Assembly (NCBI GenBank): GCA_050084985.1
Contig: JBITNC010000001.1
Coordinates: forward strand, 180,854,001-180,918,000
Direction of reading: 5' to 3'
Length of the DNA: 64,000 nt
Source: Nageia nagi
Taxonomy: Eukaryota > Plantae > Pinophyta
Shown here piece by piece: positions 39,482 through 53,372 of the stretch. The notes below the pieces were generated by a model. It did not search any database, was not told where the DNA came from, and saw only the letters and a program-made list of their open reading frames with translations. The position numbers and the translations under genes are program-made. Positions within the stretch are counted from its first letter, which is position 1. Every line of letters starts with the position of its first letter.

Positions 39482-41132
39482 GTAAAAGGTTTTTCCATTG
39501 ATTATAATTGGACAATAGTATTTTGATGAACATGTATTCTGGGTTTTCACAAATGTTAATGTAGCGTATTACAAGCAACGCTAGCAAAATTTTAAATTCT
39601 GATATTAGTGCTAGTTAGTATCCTGACATGGCAAGAGACATATTTAGTCGAATTCAATCATCTTTATGATTGGGTCATCCTTTATGTGTGCCTCTGTTGA
39701 CCAAATCTTAAGAGAGAGATATGTTGAGAAAATCTTGAGAGAGAGATATGAGCGTCTAGGATCTTGTTGCCATGGATTTTCAAATCTCATTGTCTGACAT
39801 TTGGAACCTTTTAATGTGAAAAATTGAAACCATTACCTGCTCACATTATCTGATTGGAGTTCAACATGGTAGAAGTGAAATAACTTACATAGACTAAGGA
39901 TACATAGTTACCAAATATTGACATATATTGCACTTTTAGAGGAAACTCTAAGCAATTTGTTTTAGCTTGATAAGAGAAAAGTTTTGATCAAAATGTGAAT
40001 TTTAAGGCCCATTTTAGAGATTCTTTTGCATCTGTTGCAGCAAAGAGATGAGAAATTCATATCAAATCACTTTAAATATGTTGTATTGGAAGTGAACCAT
40101 ATTTAAACATTATTATTAAATCTTTGGGGCACATGAATGTGCTGAAACAAAAATGTCAACTTGATTATGTTGTTATCCTAAGAAATTTGGTATATGTTGA
40201 AAATTTTAGTACAAAGGTTTTTGTGTATGTCTATGTAAGTTACCTAGTTCAAATTGATTTCAAGTTTGGGAAGGAACAATCGAAAAACAAGTTTGATAAG
40301 ACTTGAGAAGTGATTATATATATTATATGTTTATGTACATATTGTTAACCAATTTTTGTTGTAAAGGAAAAGGGGAGAGCAAGGGATCTATGATCCTTCT
40401 TCATATACGAGGTGGTCCTCAAATCATAACATAAGTTTCTCTGGATGTGCAAAAGACTTGTGATATTTTTCTCATCAACAACTCTTAGATAAATATCCAA
40501 TCCCACAGATTTGCTTAGGTGGAATGATTATTTACTTTTCCAACCTAGCTGAATAATTCTTGCCAAATTTTTAAGCATAGAATTTAAATTGATCATATGG
40601 CTTATCGCTTAGTCAATTACACTTAATTTTATCTTGCGTCAAGGCTATGTTTGTTTCTCTCCCAAGACTTTATCATATGCTGTTGTACTTTTATAAGATT
40701 CTATCTACCTTTACAAACTTAACTGCTTATATAGCTTGTTATAATTTGTAAAAATACATTGATTCTCAAATTTAAAAATAAATTACTGTTTCCAACTTGT
40801 AATTTATCATGTTAACTTAAGAATGATCTCATAAGAAAACATACATCCATAACAGATAGGCAAAACAAGTTTCAAGCTTGCTTTTACATCCTTCATTCAA
40901 AAATTCTAGAGCGATACAAAATGACTTTCCTCTTGTTTTTATATCCCAAAAGGTAGTTACATTTCAACAAAACCCTAACTACCTTCATAACCACCTTCAA
41001 GACCCTAACTACCTTCTAGAAACCCTAACTACCTTTAGAAAAAATGCTAAGAATTTTGACTAACTCTATTGAAAGTAGGACAAAAGATAAACTGTGCTTT
41101 TTTCATATTACAAAAATGAACTAATTTTTAAA

Positions 41133-41910
41133 CTAATTAACATTTTGTATTTCTTCAATCTTCTTCTGTAGATTCTTTCGTAACTCCTGTATTATTGCAA
41201 ACCATGCTACAAAATTATCATATACTTTCACATGAGTGGATTCCTGGAGTAACTGAGAATCTTTTACCTTCAAGAGTTTCTTCGTTCTTTCTTTGATTTC
41301 TTGTTTAACTTCATCTTTTCCTCTCCAAGATCTATCCTCCTCTAGATAATCAATGTTTACAATAGTGATGACTTCCTTTGCATCATGATAGGTCACATGC
41401 ACCTTCTTTTTGAAAGCTGAACACTTTGATCAAGCAGTTGTTAACCAATCACAATAGAAAAAGAAATCATCTCAATCTTCATTTTGTGAGTCATTTTCAT
41501 CAATGATTGATCTTTTAAACCCTCCCACTATATGAACCTGTAGTGACCAACTTTTAGACATAGAAGAAATATCGGCATAAACCTTTTCCACTTTAGAATG
41601 TATTTTGGTGTGATGCAAGGAATCATTGTAAACTCTATCAAAAGCTTTAGATGCTTTATCTATCAAAGAATCAATGTTCTTCAAGAAATTACTATCTCTA
41701 TAGAAGTTTAGCTTCAATTCCTTTTTATCCACAACTAATTCTTCTAACTCTTTATAAATTTTTCTCATCTCCTTTAATTTTTTTTTGTAAATTTGCATTC
41801 TCTTATTTGTACTCAAGCTATTTCTTTTAAATTTTGAGTACCTTTATCCACAATAAATGCATTTACTTCAATTCTCAAAGTACCTACTTCCACCTCGAAT
41901 GAGCTTACTT
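41133..41910 (-). pseudogene. C-terminal coiled-coil-like part of the second extra ORF
   Basis: Lys/Glu-rich ORFs 41472-41816 and 41133-41402, on the same strand as and contiguous with 50909-53372 once the copia and one TSD are removed. Confidence 0.6.
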
Positions 41911-41915
41911 TTATT

Positions 41916-42418
41916 TGAAGGAATTGCACTATAAAGAATACAATCCTAAATGCCCAAGATTATATGAAAGTTCAAACATTCAACACTATTCTAAGGAATA
42001 AGCAATCTCACAAAGTAACTCAAGATGTAAAGTGGTTCCTCCAACTAGGAGTACATCCACTAACTAGATCTTTCCTTCAATCACAAATACAACTCTCTTA
42101 CAATTTTCCTAATCTCAACTCCTACACTTCTATCCTATAGCATAACTTTACTCCACAATTGGTGTGTGATCACAAAGAGGGAGCCTTCTATTTATAGGCC
42201 AAAATCCTTCTTTGGATCATCCTTTTATCCAATGTATAAAAGCATGACATGCACATCCTTTTACCCAAGAGGCATGCTCATGACATGAAGTGTAGGACAA
42301 GTTACATTATCATATTCACTTAAATACTTAAGGTATCAAATGATACCCTTAAGTATTAGTGAATTTACATAGAATATTTAATACAAACCTTTAAAATAAT
42401 GCATTATACATTCCAACA
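41916..42418 (-). repeat. Copia 3' LTR
   Basis: TGAAGGAATT...TTCCAACA; about 23 substitutions and no indels versus 50401-50903 by manual count (about 95% identity). Confidence 0.97.
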
Positions 42419-43103
42419 CTCCCTTAATGCAATATTAGGATAGAGCGAGTAAGAGAGAAGAAGAAGAGAAAGTAAGAGAGTTCTCCTCCAAATAGATACA
42501 ACGGAGATGATAACTTTTTACATATTTGTGAAGTAAGAAAGATCTAGTTTGAGACTCTACTTTGCCAAATACAATCATTAACCACAACCGGTTTCAATGT
42601 ACATGAAGTAGTCATCCAACTAGAAGTCATGAAGAGTCTCCAAGAGCTTGCATACCTGAGGCAAGTAATCTACAATCTCAAAGGAACCTGCAAGTCATAA
42701 GAAGCTCAAATAACAAGATCAGTTAGATGCATCATATTCATATCGACAAGGATAGATGAATCACACAAATGCCATCATGAACTGATCAATGGTGCACTAT
42801 AAGTCATCACGAAAATGCCATGCCCAAAACTTATAATCACCTGTTATATATAAAACATGTGTTAATTATCATTACAAAATAGAGCATGCACATACGAGTT
42901 CCTTACATATGGATAACTGAACAGTGCCAAAAGACACATAAGAGTTCCTCACATATGTATAACTGAATAGTGTTAGATTGGCCAATCAAGTTCCTCACGC
43001 AGAGCAAACTTACTACGGAGGTGTACAACAAAATCAACACTATACAACACAAAATCCTCCTAGGGTGAAGTTTTCATTACAAATATGAATTCAACACAAG
43101 AAT

Positions 43104-46100
43104 TCAAACTTCACTCCCTCTTGAGGGCAACTTCACCAACCTGATAGCATTCTTAAGCTTATAGAATTGAGCTTCCGGGAGGGGCTTGGTGAACAAATCC
43201 GCGGAGTTCAAGGTGGATGGACAATACTCCAGGTGTATGATGCCATCAATAACCTTCTCCCTAATGAAATGGACATGGATTTCCACATGTTTTGTTCTTT
43301 GATGGAACACTGGATTCTTAGCCAAAGAAATAGCCAATTGATTGTTTGAAGAGATCAAAGATGAGCCATCTTGCTCGTATCCAATTTTCTTCAGAAGATG
43401 CCTTAGCCAAATGGCTTCCTGGGCTGCAACAGACATGGCATGATATTCGGCTTCTATGGTGGAAAGAGAAATAGTAGGTTGCTTCTTGGAAGCCCAAGAG
43501 ATAGCACCTGAACCAATGCTAAATACATACGCAGAGGTTGACTTCCTATCATCTCTATCTTTCCCATAGTCAGAATCTGAGAATCCAGAGAGAACAAACG
43601 AGGGCAACTTGGAATACTTGAGAGCAAGATCCTTAATCCCTGCAACATACCTTAAGATTTGCTTAACAACATTGAGGTGCTCAACATATGGTTTTTGCAT
43701 GAATCGTGCCATCAGATTCATTGCAAAGGCAATATCTAGCCTGGATATAGTCAAATACAAAAGACTACCAATTAATTGCCTGTAAGCTGTAGCATCAGCT
43801 AACTGAAAGTTGGAGCTTAGAGAAACAGTGATTCCAGGAGAGACTGAGATTGCAGCATATCTACACTCCATTCTAAACTTCTACAAGATGTCTGATATAT
43901 ACTTAGATTGATTGAGGTAAGTACAATCCTTATATTGATACACTTGCATTCCAAGATAGTAGTGCAAGAGACCAAGATCAGTCATTTCAAACGTTGCCTT
44001 AAGTTTGGATATGCACTCTTGAATGATTTTATCATTGTTTCCAGTAATCAAAAGATCATCCACATAAAGGAGAATCAAGACGTCTTTTCTTTGATTGAGC
44101 ACATATAGATTGGAGTCAGAAAAACACTTGGAGAATCCAATGTCTACAAAGTACCTTGAATTCTTTCTGTACCAGGCTCGTGGTGCTTGCTTAAATCCAT
44201 ACAATGACTTCTTTAGCTTGCACACAAAGGACTCTTTGCCTTTCATAATAAACCCTTCTGGTTGATTCATGAAGATTTCCACATTTAAGTCACCATTGAG
44301 AAATGCACTTTTGACGTCAAGTTGAAAAACTTTGCATCCTTGAGCTGCAGAAAGAGCAAGGATAACTCTCACAATAGGCATCTTTGCCACGGGAGCAAAG
44401 GTTTCCTCATAATCTACATCGTATTTTTGAGCAAAACCTTTAGCTACTAACCTTGCCTTGTATTTCTCAATATCTCCAACTAAATTGAACTTGACCTTGT
44501 AGATCCATTTATTGCCAATTACATTCTTTTCATTGGGATAAGGAATCAAGTCCCAAGTTTTATTTTTCATAAGCGCCTCATATTCCACTTTCATGGCTTC
44601 CATCCAGCACTCGTGCTTAGAAGCTTCTTTGAAGGTTGAGGGCTCGTGCCTATTGTCAATCTTGGCAATTAAGGATTTGTTCAAGGTCATGCTCCTTGTT
44701 ACCTTTTGTGTTGGAGAACTTTGTTCCTGTGGTAACTTGTCTATATCAATATCCAACTAGCTAACAACAACTGAAGAGTCCTCTGGATCATCAACATTCT
44801 CATTAGAAGCAGATTCTTTAGGAAGTTCATTGAACTTTACATATCTTGAAACGAATACTGCTTTATAGGTTGGAGAGAAAAGTCTGTAGCCTCTATGCTG
44901 ACTGTCATAACCCACAAAGATGCATTTTTCAGTTTTTTTGTCCAACTTCTTCCTTTTCTCAGAAACAATGTAGAAGAAAGCTTCACAACCAAACAACTTA
45001 AGGTGACAAATGTTAGGTTTTCTTCTTGACCATGCCTCAAAAGGAGTTTTACTTTGAACGGCTTTTGTGGGACACCTATTCAAGGTGTAAATAGCAATGC
45101 TCATAGCTTCACCTCACAAGAACATAGGAAGATTACCCAACATGCATCTAGCCATCTCCATAATTGTTCTATTTTTCCTTTCGGCAACACCGTTCTGCTG
45201 AGGAGTGTAAGAGATCGTAAACTGCCTCTTGATTCCATAGTACAATAGTCATTGAATTCATTTCTATTATATTCTCCCCCATTATCTGATCTCAACATCT
45301 TGATTTTAAGGTTAGTTTGATTCTCAACAAAGGCCTTAAAAACTTTAAAACTTTCAAAGGTTTGATCCTTGTGCTCAAGTAGATACCCAAAGGTCATTTT
45401 ACTAAAGTCATCAATGAAGGTCAAGACGTAAGATGCTCCTCCAAGCGACTTAGTCTGAAATGGACCCATCAAATCTGAATGCACAAGTTGAAAAGGTTGA
45501 GATGCTCTTGTTGCTTTATCTTTTTCAAACTTTTGTCTATGCATCTTGCCAAGAATGCACTTCTCGCATAGATCAATCGAAGGAGAAATTGAAGGCAACC
45601 CTTCCACAAGTTCTTAGTTTTTCATGACTTGAATACTCTTATGGCTAAGGTGCCTTAAACGATGGTGCCAAAGATTGCCTTTAGAACAGACACTAGAAGC
45701 AAGACACATCTTTGATGGAACTTCATCTACAATGTAGAGGTTATCTTTCACAGATCCTTTAACTAAAGTGGCAAGTCCTTTCTTAATGCATCAGGATTAA
45801 GAGTCAAACTCAAAAGAGTATCCTTTCCTAGCAACTTGGATCACAGAGAGAAGGTTCATCCTTAACTTAGGAACATAGAGAACATTTTCAAGAACCTTTC
45901 CGCGAATCAGCACACTTCCAATTCCTTGGACTTCAAGGGTAGAGTTATCACCTATCACAACTGCATCCTTCTTATACTTGTGAAAGTTCTCAAACTTTTC
46001 TTTTTTAAAGCATAGGTGATTAGTGCAACCAGAGTCAACAATCCATTCAGATGAAAAAGAGCGAGACATGGAGTAGAGCACCGCAGCAAAACCAGCATGA

Positions 46101-47062
46101 ATATTTTTCTTTCCTTTGTAGTTCTTTACATGTCCATTGTCTCTGTTCTTTTCCTTTTTTTTCTTTTTGTAGTAATCAATTTCTTTGTGACTTTGAATGC
46201 CACAATAGTTACAATTGCCATCAAATTTTTTCTTAGGATAAGGAGTGTTTGCTTTGCCTTTTCCATCTCTTTGCTTGAAATGATTGTTGTTGTCGTTGTT
46301 CCTGCTGTTGTGGTTGTTGTTTTTGTTGTTCCTGCTACTGTTGTAGTCACTGCCTCTTTTCTCAAACCTTTTGGAGGAAGAAGGACAAGATTTCCTTTAA
46401 TGGTTGAACTTCTTCTTGAAAGGATTTTTGGTTGCACCAAGAGCAACGTTATTATCCTTAGGAGAAGAGATCAACACTTTATTGTTAAGGGTTTCCTCAT
46501 GCTTGAATAGGTGCCTAGATAGGTTCTCAAAGGAGATGACTTCTTCTTCATCATTAAGCCTTGTTTCCATAACTGTTACAAAGTTTCCAAATTTTGAAGA
46601 GAGGCTTTGAAGAATGATGAAGACCATGAACTCATCATTGATCTAATTGCACCGACAAGCAACAAGTTGGGTCCTTAAGTCAATGATTTTGTTCAAGTAG
46701 ATAGCCACATTTTTATCTTCCCTTTGACGAGATTGAAGCAACTTTTGGAGAATGGTAAACCTTCTTGAAAAGTTTGAACCAAGGTAGATTTGCTTTAGCT
46801 TATCCCATGCTTCCTTTGCTGAGGTTGAAGAGGATATCATTAGGAGCACATCATCTGAAACTGCACAGTAAATCATAGAGGTTGCCAACTCATTCTTTGT
46901 GTTGTAAGCCTCTAGTGCCTTCTCATCTGTAGGAGGTACAAGGTTCTCATTCACTGTTTGCCAAAGTTACCTTGCCTGCAATTCAGCTCTCATTCGAGGT
47001 TCCCAAATCCCATAGTTAGAACCATCAAGAATGTGTTTGGGTAAAAAGGATTCTCCCATTTG
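43104..47062 (-). pseudogene. Copia gag-PR-INT-RT-RNase H with stops and frameshifts
   Basis: LDGSNYGIWEPRM; SAKEAWDKLK; knuckle CNYCGIQSHKEIDY; WIVDSGCTNH; LVHSDLMGP, LRSDNGGEY; YKARLVAKGF, QLDVKSAFLNG, LYVDDL; SDSDY, ISWASKKQ, RTKHVEI, ADLFTKPL. Confidence 0.95.
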
Positions 47063-49507
47063 CTACACAAAAATGTGAAATAATAAGCATGTGTTTTTAA
47101 TAAACCAAGTAAATAATACATGTTACATTTAACACTAAAGACATGTTTGATTTGATTCATAAGTACAAATGTTTTACAATTCACACAATAACCCATGTAT
47201 CCAAATACATTTCTCATCTGAAGAATCGTAGATGTAGAGTGACTTTGTTGAGATTTGTTTTCTTGTCTAAAATTAAGCCTTCACCTGGATGCCCACACAA
47301 GAGGAGCCCAAGTACTACCAATCCTCAACCAGTTCCCCTTGGGTAGCAATATACTCTCACAAGGAGAAGTACTAGCTATTTTCCAAGGTTTTGACATTTA
47401 GTGGATCGGCCAAATTATTAATCTTGATTACGTTTCAAGTTTTTTCTTCTAGATTATCAAGATAATCCTTGAATGGACATATGAACATGTGGTATCACTA
47501 CACACATGCCTATCCACCTAATAGAGTTATGTCCAGACCAACAGAGGACTTAGGGGCAATTAAGAAGTACGGATTTTTCACCACTTGGATCGTTGGACTT
47601 AAAGGCTTTAGTTTGCCTGTTCTCACCTCATGGCTCCCCAAACAAATCATGTTGCAGAATGTACGTGCGGATGTGTTTATTTTAAGGGGTTGCTCATATC
47701 AATGTTTGCATTTTTGTTTGCATAAGTAAATAAAGCAAAATGCGAAACACGAAGTAAGGAGCATAAAACACTATCCATTCAAAAGTTTGAAATCTAAATG
47801 TCCAATGGGTTTTGTTTACCAACCCCTAAAGGACATCTTTATATCATTCCTAATAAGGAAGTAATTGCATCATAACTTAAGAATTTAAGTAATAAGCATG
47901 CATCATTAAAAAAAGAAATTGAAGTCCTAAGTATGCATCATTAACTTATTTTGCATAAGTAGATTGCATCATAACTTAAGATTTTAAGCATGCATTATTT
48001 GACTTGACAAACTTAAGTATCTATCTTAAATTTTAAGTCCTTAAGCATGCAACATTAACTTAAAAAATTAAGTACTAAGCATGCATTTATTAGCTTAAAA
48101 ATTTTAAGTAATAAGCATAAGTACTAATCTTAAGCATGCATCATTTAAAAGTTAAGTACTAAACATGTATAAAATTTTAAGTATCAAGCATAAGTATAAG
48201 TTTGTCTATCATTTTGCATAAAAAAAAGAATAAATACTCATGCATCATTTCATTAACTTGCATAAGTTAACTTCAAACCTTTAAAGAGGCATAAGTTTGC
48301 ATTCATAGTATTGCATCAATTCATAAAAGTCATTATGCATCATTTCCAAGTCCAACTTTGTATAAGTAATAAATTCTTAAAAAAATGCAATGTGAGGATC
48401 TAGTAAATTAAGTAAAGAATCATTAACAAACTCCCCTCTTTTACTTAAAAAAGATCCCTTCAATAAATGCTTAGTATAGTATACTAAAACACATTGCATA
48501 TTTTATCGTAAGTAATCATGAAGGTAAAACATTGCCACTATTGCACGTTGAAATTTCAATGCCAAAAGATTACCAAATTTATAAGCATTAAGAAGATTGC
48601 TTAAAAATTATCCAAGGAAAAATTTAATTCTAAGTAAAAATTTTCTCTAAAAATTTTAAAAAATTACCTTCAAAAATATCTAAGTAAAAATTTACTTTTG
48701 GCATATGCTATTGTTACTTCTAGGCATAACAACTTTTCATTTAATTTTAGAGAAAAAAATAAAAAAAGTTCACCTCTTTTTTTTTTTTTATAACTATAGA
48801 AAATTAATGCCTAAAAAATTGCCTCATGCTTAAAAAATACTTCTATTATTAAAAAAAAATGATGAGTAAGCATTTAAATACTCATCATTGAACCTGTGAG
48901 AAATTAATGAAGAGTACACAATTTGGAGTACGAAGGCGTGTACTAAAAAAAATTGCATTTAATGAAGGTAGGTTGATTGACAAGCAAGGCATTAAAACAT
49001 TAACTATGTGAACAACCACCAAGAAAGAAACAGACTTCCATTTAATAAAAAAATGAGGACATCCACCAAATAATAATGTGCCAAAAAAATAAAGGGTTGA
49101 CAGAGTGCGTGGAGAGGCCACGAGGAGGAAGGAGGATACATTGTAGGAGCTTGGTTAATGGGCTGCGAGGGCCTAGTCACATATCAAATGAAGGGCAGTC
49201 AGGCGCAGAGGGGGTCACCTTTCCCACTATCCTCAAAGCAAGCAACAAAGTGGCTTCTATTTTTATCAGGGAAGGTCGCTTGTTTGATGGGCCGTGGGCG
49301 CAGCAAATTGAGGAGAGGCAGGTTCGATAAAAAAAATGAGGGTTTCTTCCCATTGTGGTCGCCAAGAGATGCGCACTCATACCAAGTCACATGAGACATC
49401 ATAGAAGACGTCATGGCCACGAAAAAAAGAAGGATGGGAGGTCTGCAAGAGGGTTTGATGAACGATGTGGTGTAATGGTAGCATGAGGTTCTCTTTTGAG
49501 GCTGTCG

Positions 49508-49782
49508 ATAGACCAAGAAAAACATCACCACAATAGCTGGTGGATCAACAGAGAGAGGAGCGGGCGACGGGCTACAGAAGAGGGCTCTTGAGGAGCAACA
49601 GAATAGCGCAGTGAGAGGTGAGGGGAACAACCCTTATAGACCAAGAAAACATCGCCACACTAGCTGGCGGATCAGCAGAGAGAGGAGCGGGTGATGGGCT
49701 ATGGAAGAGGGCTCTTGAGGAGCAACAGAATCGTGCGGTGGTCAGAAGAGGGTCCGAGAGGTGAGGGGAACAACCCTTATAG
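49508..49782. repeat. GC-rich tandem duplication (period about 127 bp) in the copia leader
   Basis: TAGACCAAGAAAA.CATC.CCACA.TAGCTGG.GGATCA.CAGAGAGAGGAGCGGG...GAAGAGGGCTCTTGAGGAGCAACAGAAT...GAGGTGAGGGGAACAACCCTTATAG occurs twice. Confidence 0.9.
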
Positions 49783-50133
49783 GCTGGTCGCAGACTATCA
49801 AATGCCTCCCCATTGTTAAAAAAAATGTATAGCCGCCTAATGAAAAAAATAAATTTTTGAACATTGCAAAAAAAAATTCATATACTAAACCTCTCCTATA
49901 GTTTATAAGTTTATGTTGAATAAAAAATATCAATATATATGTTTTTATTACCCCTTTAAAAAAAAAAAAAGAAAAAACTTTATGTATAATAATGCAATTT
50001 TCTTATCATTAAAAAATAAATGGTTTATATATATAAAAAAATTTGCACTTATTGTATACTAACTTCTCAAAAAAAAAATATAGTAAGCAATTTTTTTTTT
50101 TTTAAAATTGCAATTAACACAAGAAGTTTGTGT

Positions 50134-50136
<3 letters not shown>

Positions 50137-50218
<82 letters not shown>
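50137..50218. repeat. (TA)41 microsatellite
   Basis: Read directly from the sequence. Confidence 0.98.
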
Positions 50219-50221
<3 letters not shown>

Positions 50222-50385
50222 CTATTTTCATCAAATTTCCAAAACAAAATGAACTAACACATAGCACTTAATATGTTAGTATCACAATGAAATAATCCAA
50301 GAAAGGAGGAGTTTATACCTTCTTTTGAGTTTTATCTCAACAAGACCTTAAGATAAACCTCCAAGATGAAGAGGAGCCTCTAAGT

Positions 50386-50398
50386 GGCTCTGATACCA
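50386..50398 (-). promoter_or_regulatory. Primer-binding site (initiator Met tRNA) of the copia
   Basis: Minus strand TGGTATCAGAGCC, 2 nt from the 5' LTR end. Confidence 0.95.
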
Positions 50399-50400
50399 AA

Positions 50401-50903
50401 TGAAGGAATTGCACTATAAAGAATACAATCATAAATGCCTAAGATTATATGAAAGCTCACACATTCAACACTATTCTAAGAAATAAGCAATCGTACAAAG
50501 TAACTCAAGATGTAAAGTGGTTCCTCCAACTAGGAGTACATCCACTAACTAGATCTTTACTTCAATCACAAATACAACTCTTTTACAATTCTCCTAATCT
50601 CAACTCCTACACTTCTATCCTATAGCATAACTTTACTTCACAATTGGTGTGTGATCACAAAGAGGGAGCCTTCTATTTATAGGCCATAATCCCTTTTTGA
50701 ATCACCCTTTTATCCAATGTACAAAAGCATGACATGCACATCCTTTTACCCAAGGGGTATGCTTATGACATGGAATGTAGGACAAGTTACATTATCATAT
50801 TCACTTAAATACTTAAGGTATCAAATGATACCCTTAAGTATTAGTGAATTTACATAGAATATTTAATACAAACCTTTACAATAATGCATTATACATTCCA
50901 ACA
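50401..50903 (-). repeat. Copia 5' LTR
   Basis: Direct repeat of 41916-42418, adjacent to the PBS. Confidence 0.97.
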
Positions 50904-50908
50904 TTATT

Positions 50909-53372
50909 TGTCTTTCATCTCTTGGCCTTCTAACATTGGTGGAGAGCTTTCTAATTTGCACTTTTCTTTTTTTGTCAAAATCAACAATGCTTCCTAACTA
51001 TCTGGGAACTGTCACTCTTTGCTTAGAGGAATTAGGATCATCTTCTTCATCACTACTGCTGATTTCTTAAATGCTTTTCAAATAAGCATCAAAGTCAATC
51101 TTCTTCAACAAATTAGAAGAGCTCAATTTTTGGATGGAAGAAGAATCTTCAACTTCAACTACCTGTTTATCTTTCTTTATTGGTTCATCATGTCTTGTCT
51201 TTTTCTTTCTCTCTTCGTCTTCATCTTCATCACCTTCATCATCACCTCCATTTCTTGATTGTGTCTCTTGTCTACCCGATACTTTGGCAGTACTTTATGA
51301 TGTCTTCTGTGGAGTGGCAATTTTCTTGCTCGTGGATCTTGTTTGGGTTCTTTCTGAAGTCTGGGTAGTTTCTTTGGCTACTTCCTTGAACCTTATCTTC
51401 CTCATTGCTTCCGGAAGTGGAATATGTGGCTAGTAAAGCTAAACTTGAAGATGAAACTGTAGGAGTAGGGGTATTAGCCTTAGCATTTGCCCTTTTCTTG
51501 CTTTCTTCCTCAGAATTGATGATTTTGACTTCATTTTCATCTTCACCATTGCTACTTCTACTAGATGAATTTGTATCACTTGACTTTTCATTTGAGGATG
51601 AATCACTGTCGGATGAATCTGGATTTTCAGTTTGAAGTTTGAACATCTATTTCAGGAGCATCTTCAATTATTATATGAATTGGAGTGGGTGGATTTCATG
51701 AATCTTTTTCCCTAAGATCATCTGTTTCTCGAGTTACTTGATCTTTTTATATTTTCCTCAACACAAATTGCTTGCAACATATCAACATTTTCCATTGAAC
51801 CAAATTGATCAAAGGATGAAAGATTAGTAAACTCTGATGTGCTTTGAGCTTCCATCATATCTGGCTTTGGAAAGCTTTCTTTGCTTTTAACTTTCTCTTT
51901 TTTGTCATTTTCTTTTCTTTCTCTTCTTCGATGATTTTAGAAGAGACATTTTGAATTTCAAGCTCTGAAATGATATTCTTGTATCTTTCAATGTTTCCTA
52001 ATGAATATTGTTTGGAAGACGAATGAAATTTCTCATAGTATTTATCAATAATTTCATCAGGATCATAATGTATTTTCTTTTGAAGTCAACCTAAAAATAA
52101 GCTTCCAACTCTTCACCCATAGTTTTAGATTCTAGCCAACTATTACAAACATAAGAATTGCAAACAATGGGCACTTTCAAAATTCCTTCTTTCTTTTCTT
52201 TTATAAATTTCTCATAAAGATGAAATGCTTGCCTAGCAAATTCAAACAATAGCATTTTGTTGCTAACATAGCTAGGTAACTTCATAGGCTTTGAATCTGC
52301 TCCATAGACCTTGATATAGGATACATCAAATTCTTGCAAGTAAAAATCTGCATACCCCTTGATCAAATATTTTCCTTCTTGAGTAATTCTCGGTACATTA
52401 TTCACTCCTTTTAGTTCCTTATAAATTGCATATTCTCATTTATCATTCCTCATTTTCACGTAATTCCATTTTTCTTCTTTTTGCCACATTTGATAAGCCA
52501 TGAAAATAAGGATTCTGCTACTTAGAGCCATCTCCTTAATTCCATGAGCTCTTGGTCTATTTTTACCTTTAAGCAAAAAATAAACCAAATATGAGTTGAA
52601 GTAGAACTATTTTGTTTTTCTCACTTCACTCAATTGTTTAATCATGACATCACTAATGATTTGACTCCATCTAAGAGTTTTTCCTTCTCCAATTTCATAA
52701 AGAAAACCAAAGACATCTGTCTCAAATTTGATGTTGGTAGGTTTCCTCGTGATTCTACAAGGAAAGCTAATTGCTTTGTTTATAGTATTTTCAAATATGC
52801 ATCTTTGAGCTTTCATGAGTGCTTGATGGCTAAGACCATGGTATTCTTGTTTTAACCATGAACAAACCAAATCGGTAGGTTTGATGGATGCTTTTATCTT
52901 GTTAAATTCGTTTTCTGAATCTCTCTAAGCATATATTATTCCTCTGTTTGACCAACCCATTGCTGCCTCCATACCTTCCTTAGTCAAAAGAGTAATCGTT
53001 TTCCCCTCATTATCGTTCACTTTTCCTGATTCGAAATCTGTGTGTTGGGCAACTTTAAGTATTAATTCTAGAAATCTGACTGTAAAAGGAATAATGACAA
53101 CCTTGAAAAGTCCAGAAGAGTATAACAAGTCTTTCTCGTTTTCTTCTTTGCTTAATTTCGATTGATCTTCAATCATCACAACATGATCTATGTGGTTTCA
53201 AGCTGGATCTCGAATGTTGCATAGACCATTGAAGAAACAAGCTTCTCTCATCGGAGCCCCCTCTTTTCTCATTTATACGTAGCTGGCCTTGGTGAGTTTC
53301 TTGTGCATCTTCTCGTGATTTCCTCTGCTTACTCATCCTGTAAAACGAAGTGAAAACAACAAGATTAACCAT
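50909..53372 (-). pseudogene. Second copy of the unknown extra ORF (N-terminal and middle part)
   Basis: IPFTVRFLEL, GWSNRGIIYA*RDS, RWSQIISDVMIKQL, FYFNSYLVYFLLKGK, IYKELKG, YIKVYGADSKPMKLPSYVSNKMLLFEFARQ and NPDSSDSDSSS each match, in order, blocks in 24655-28159. Confidence 0.8.

Larger units (their letters stand above)
41916..50903 (-). mobile_element. Full-length Ty1/copia LTR retrotransposon (8,988 bp), mutationally inactivated
   Basis: Two 503-bp TG...CA LTRs, TSD TTATT (41911-41915 and 50904-50908), Met-tRNA PBS, PPT-like TAAGGGAG next to the left LTR, copia domain order. Confidence 0.97.

Noticed and set aside
46097-46510. Hydrophobic poly-Val ORF on the + strand
   Set aside because: Antisense shadow of the (AAC)n-rich copia gag linker.
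50020-50271. ORFs with poly-(YI)
   Set aside because: Translation of the (TA)41 microsatellite.
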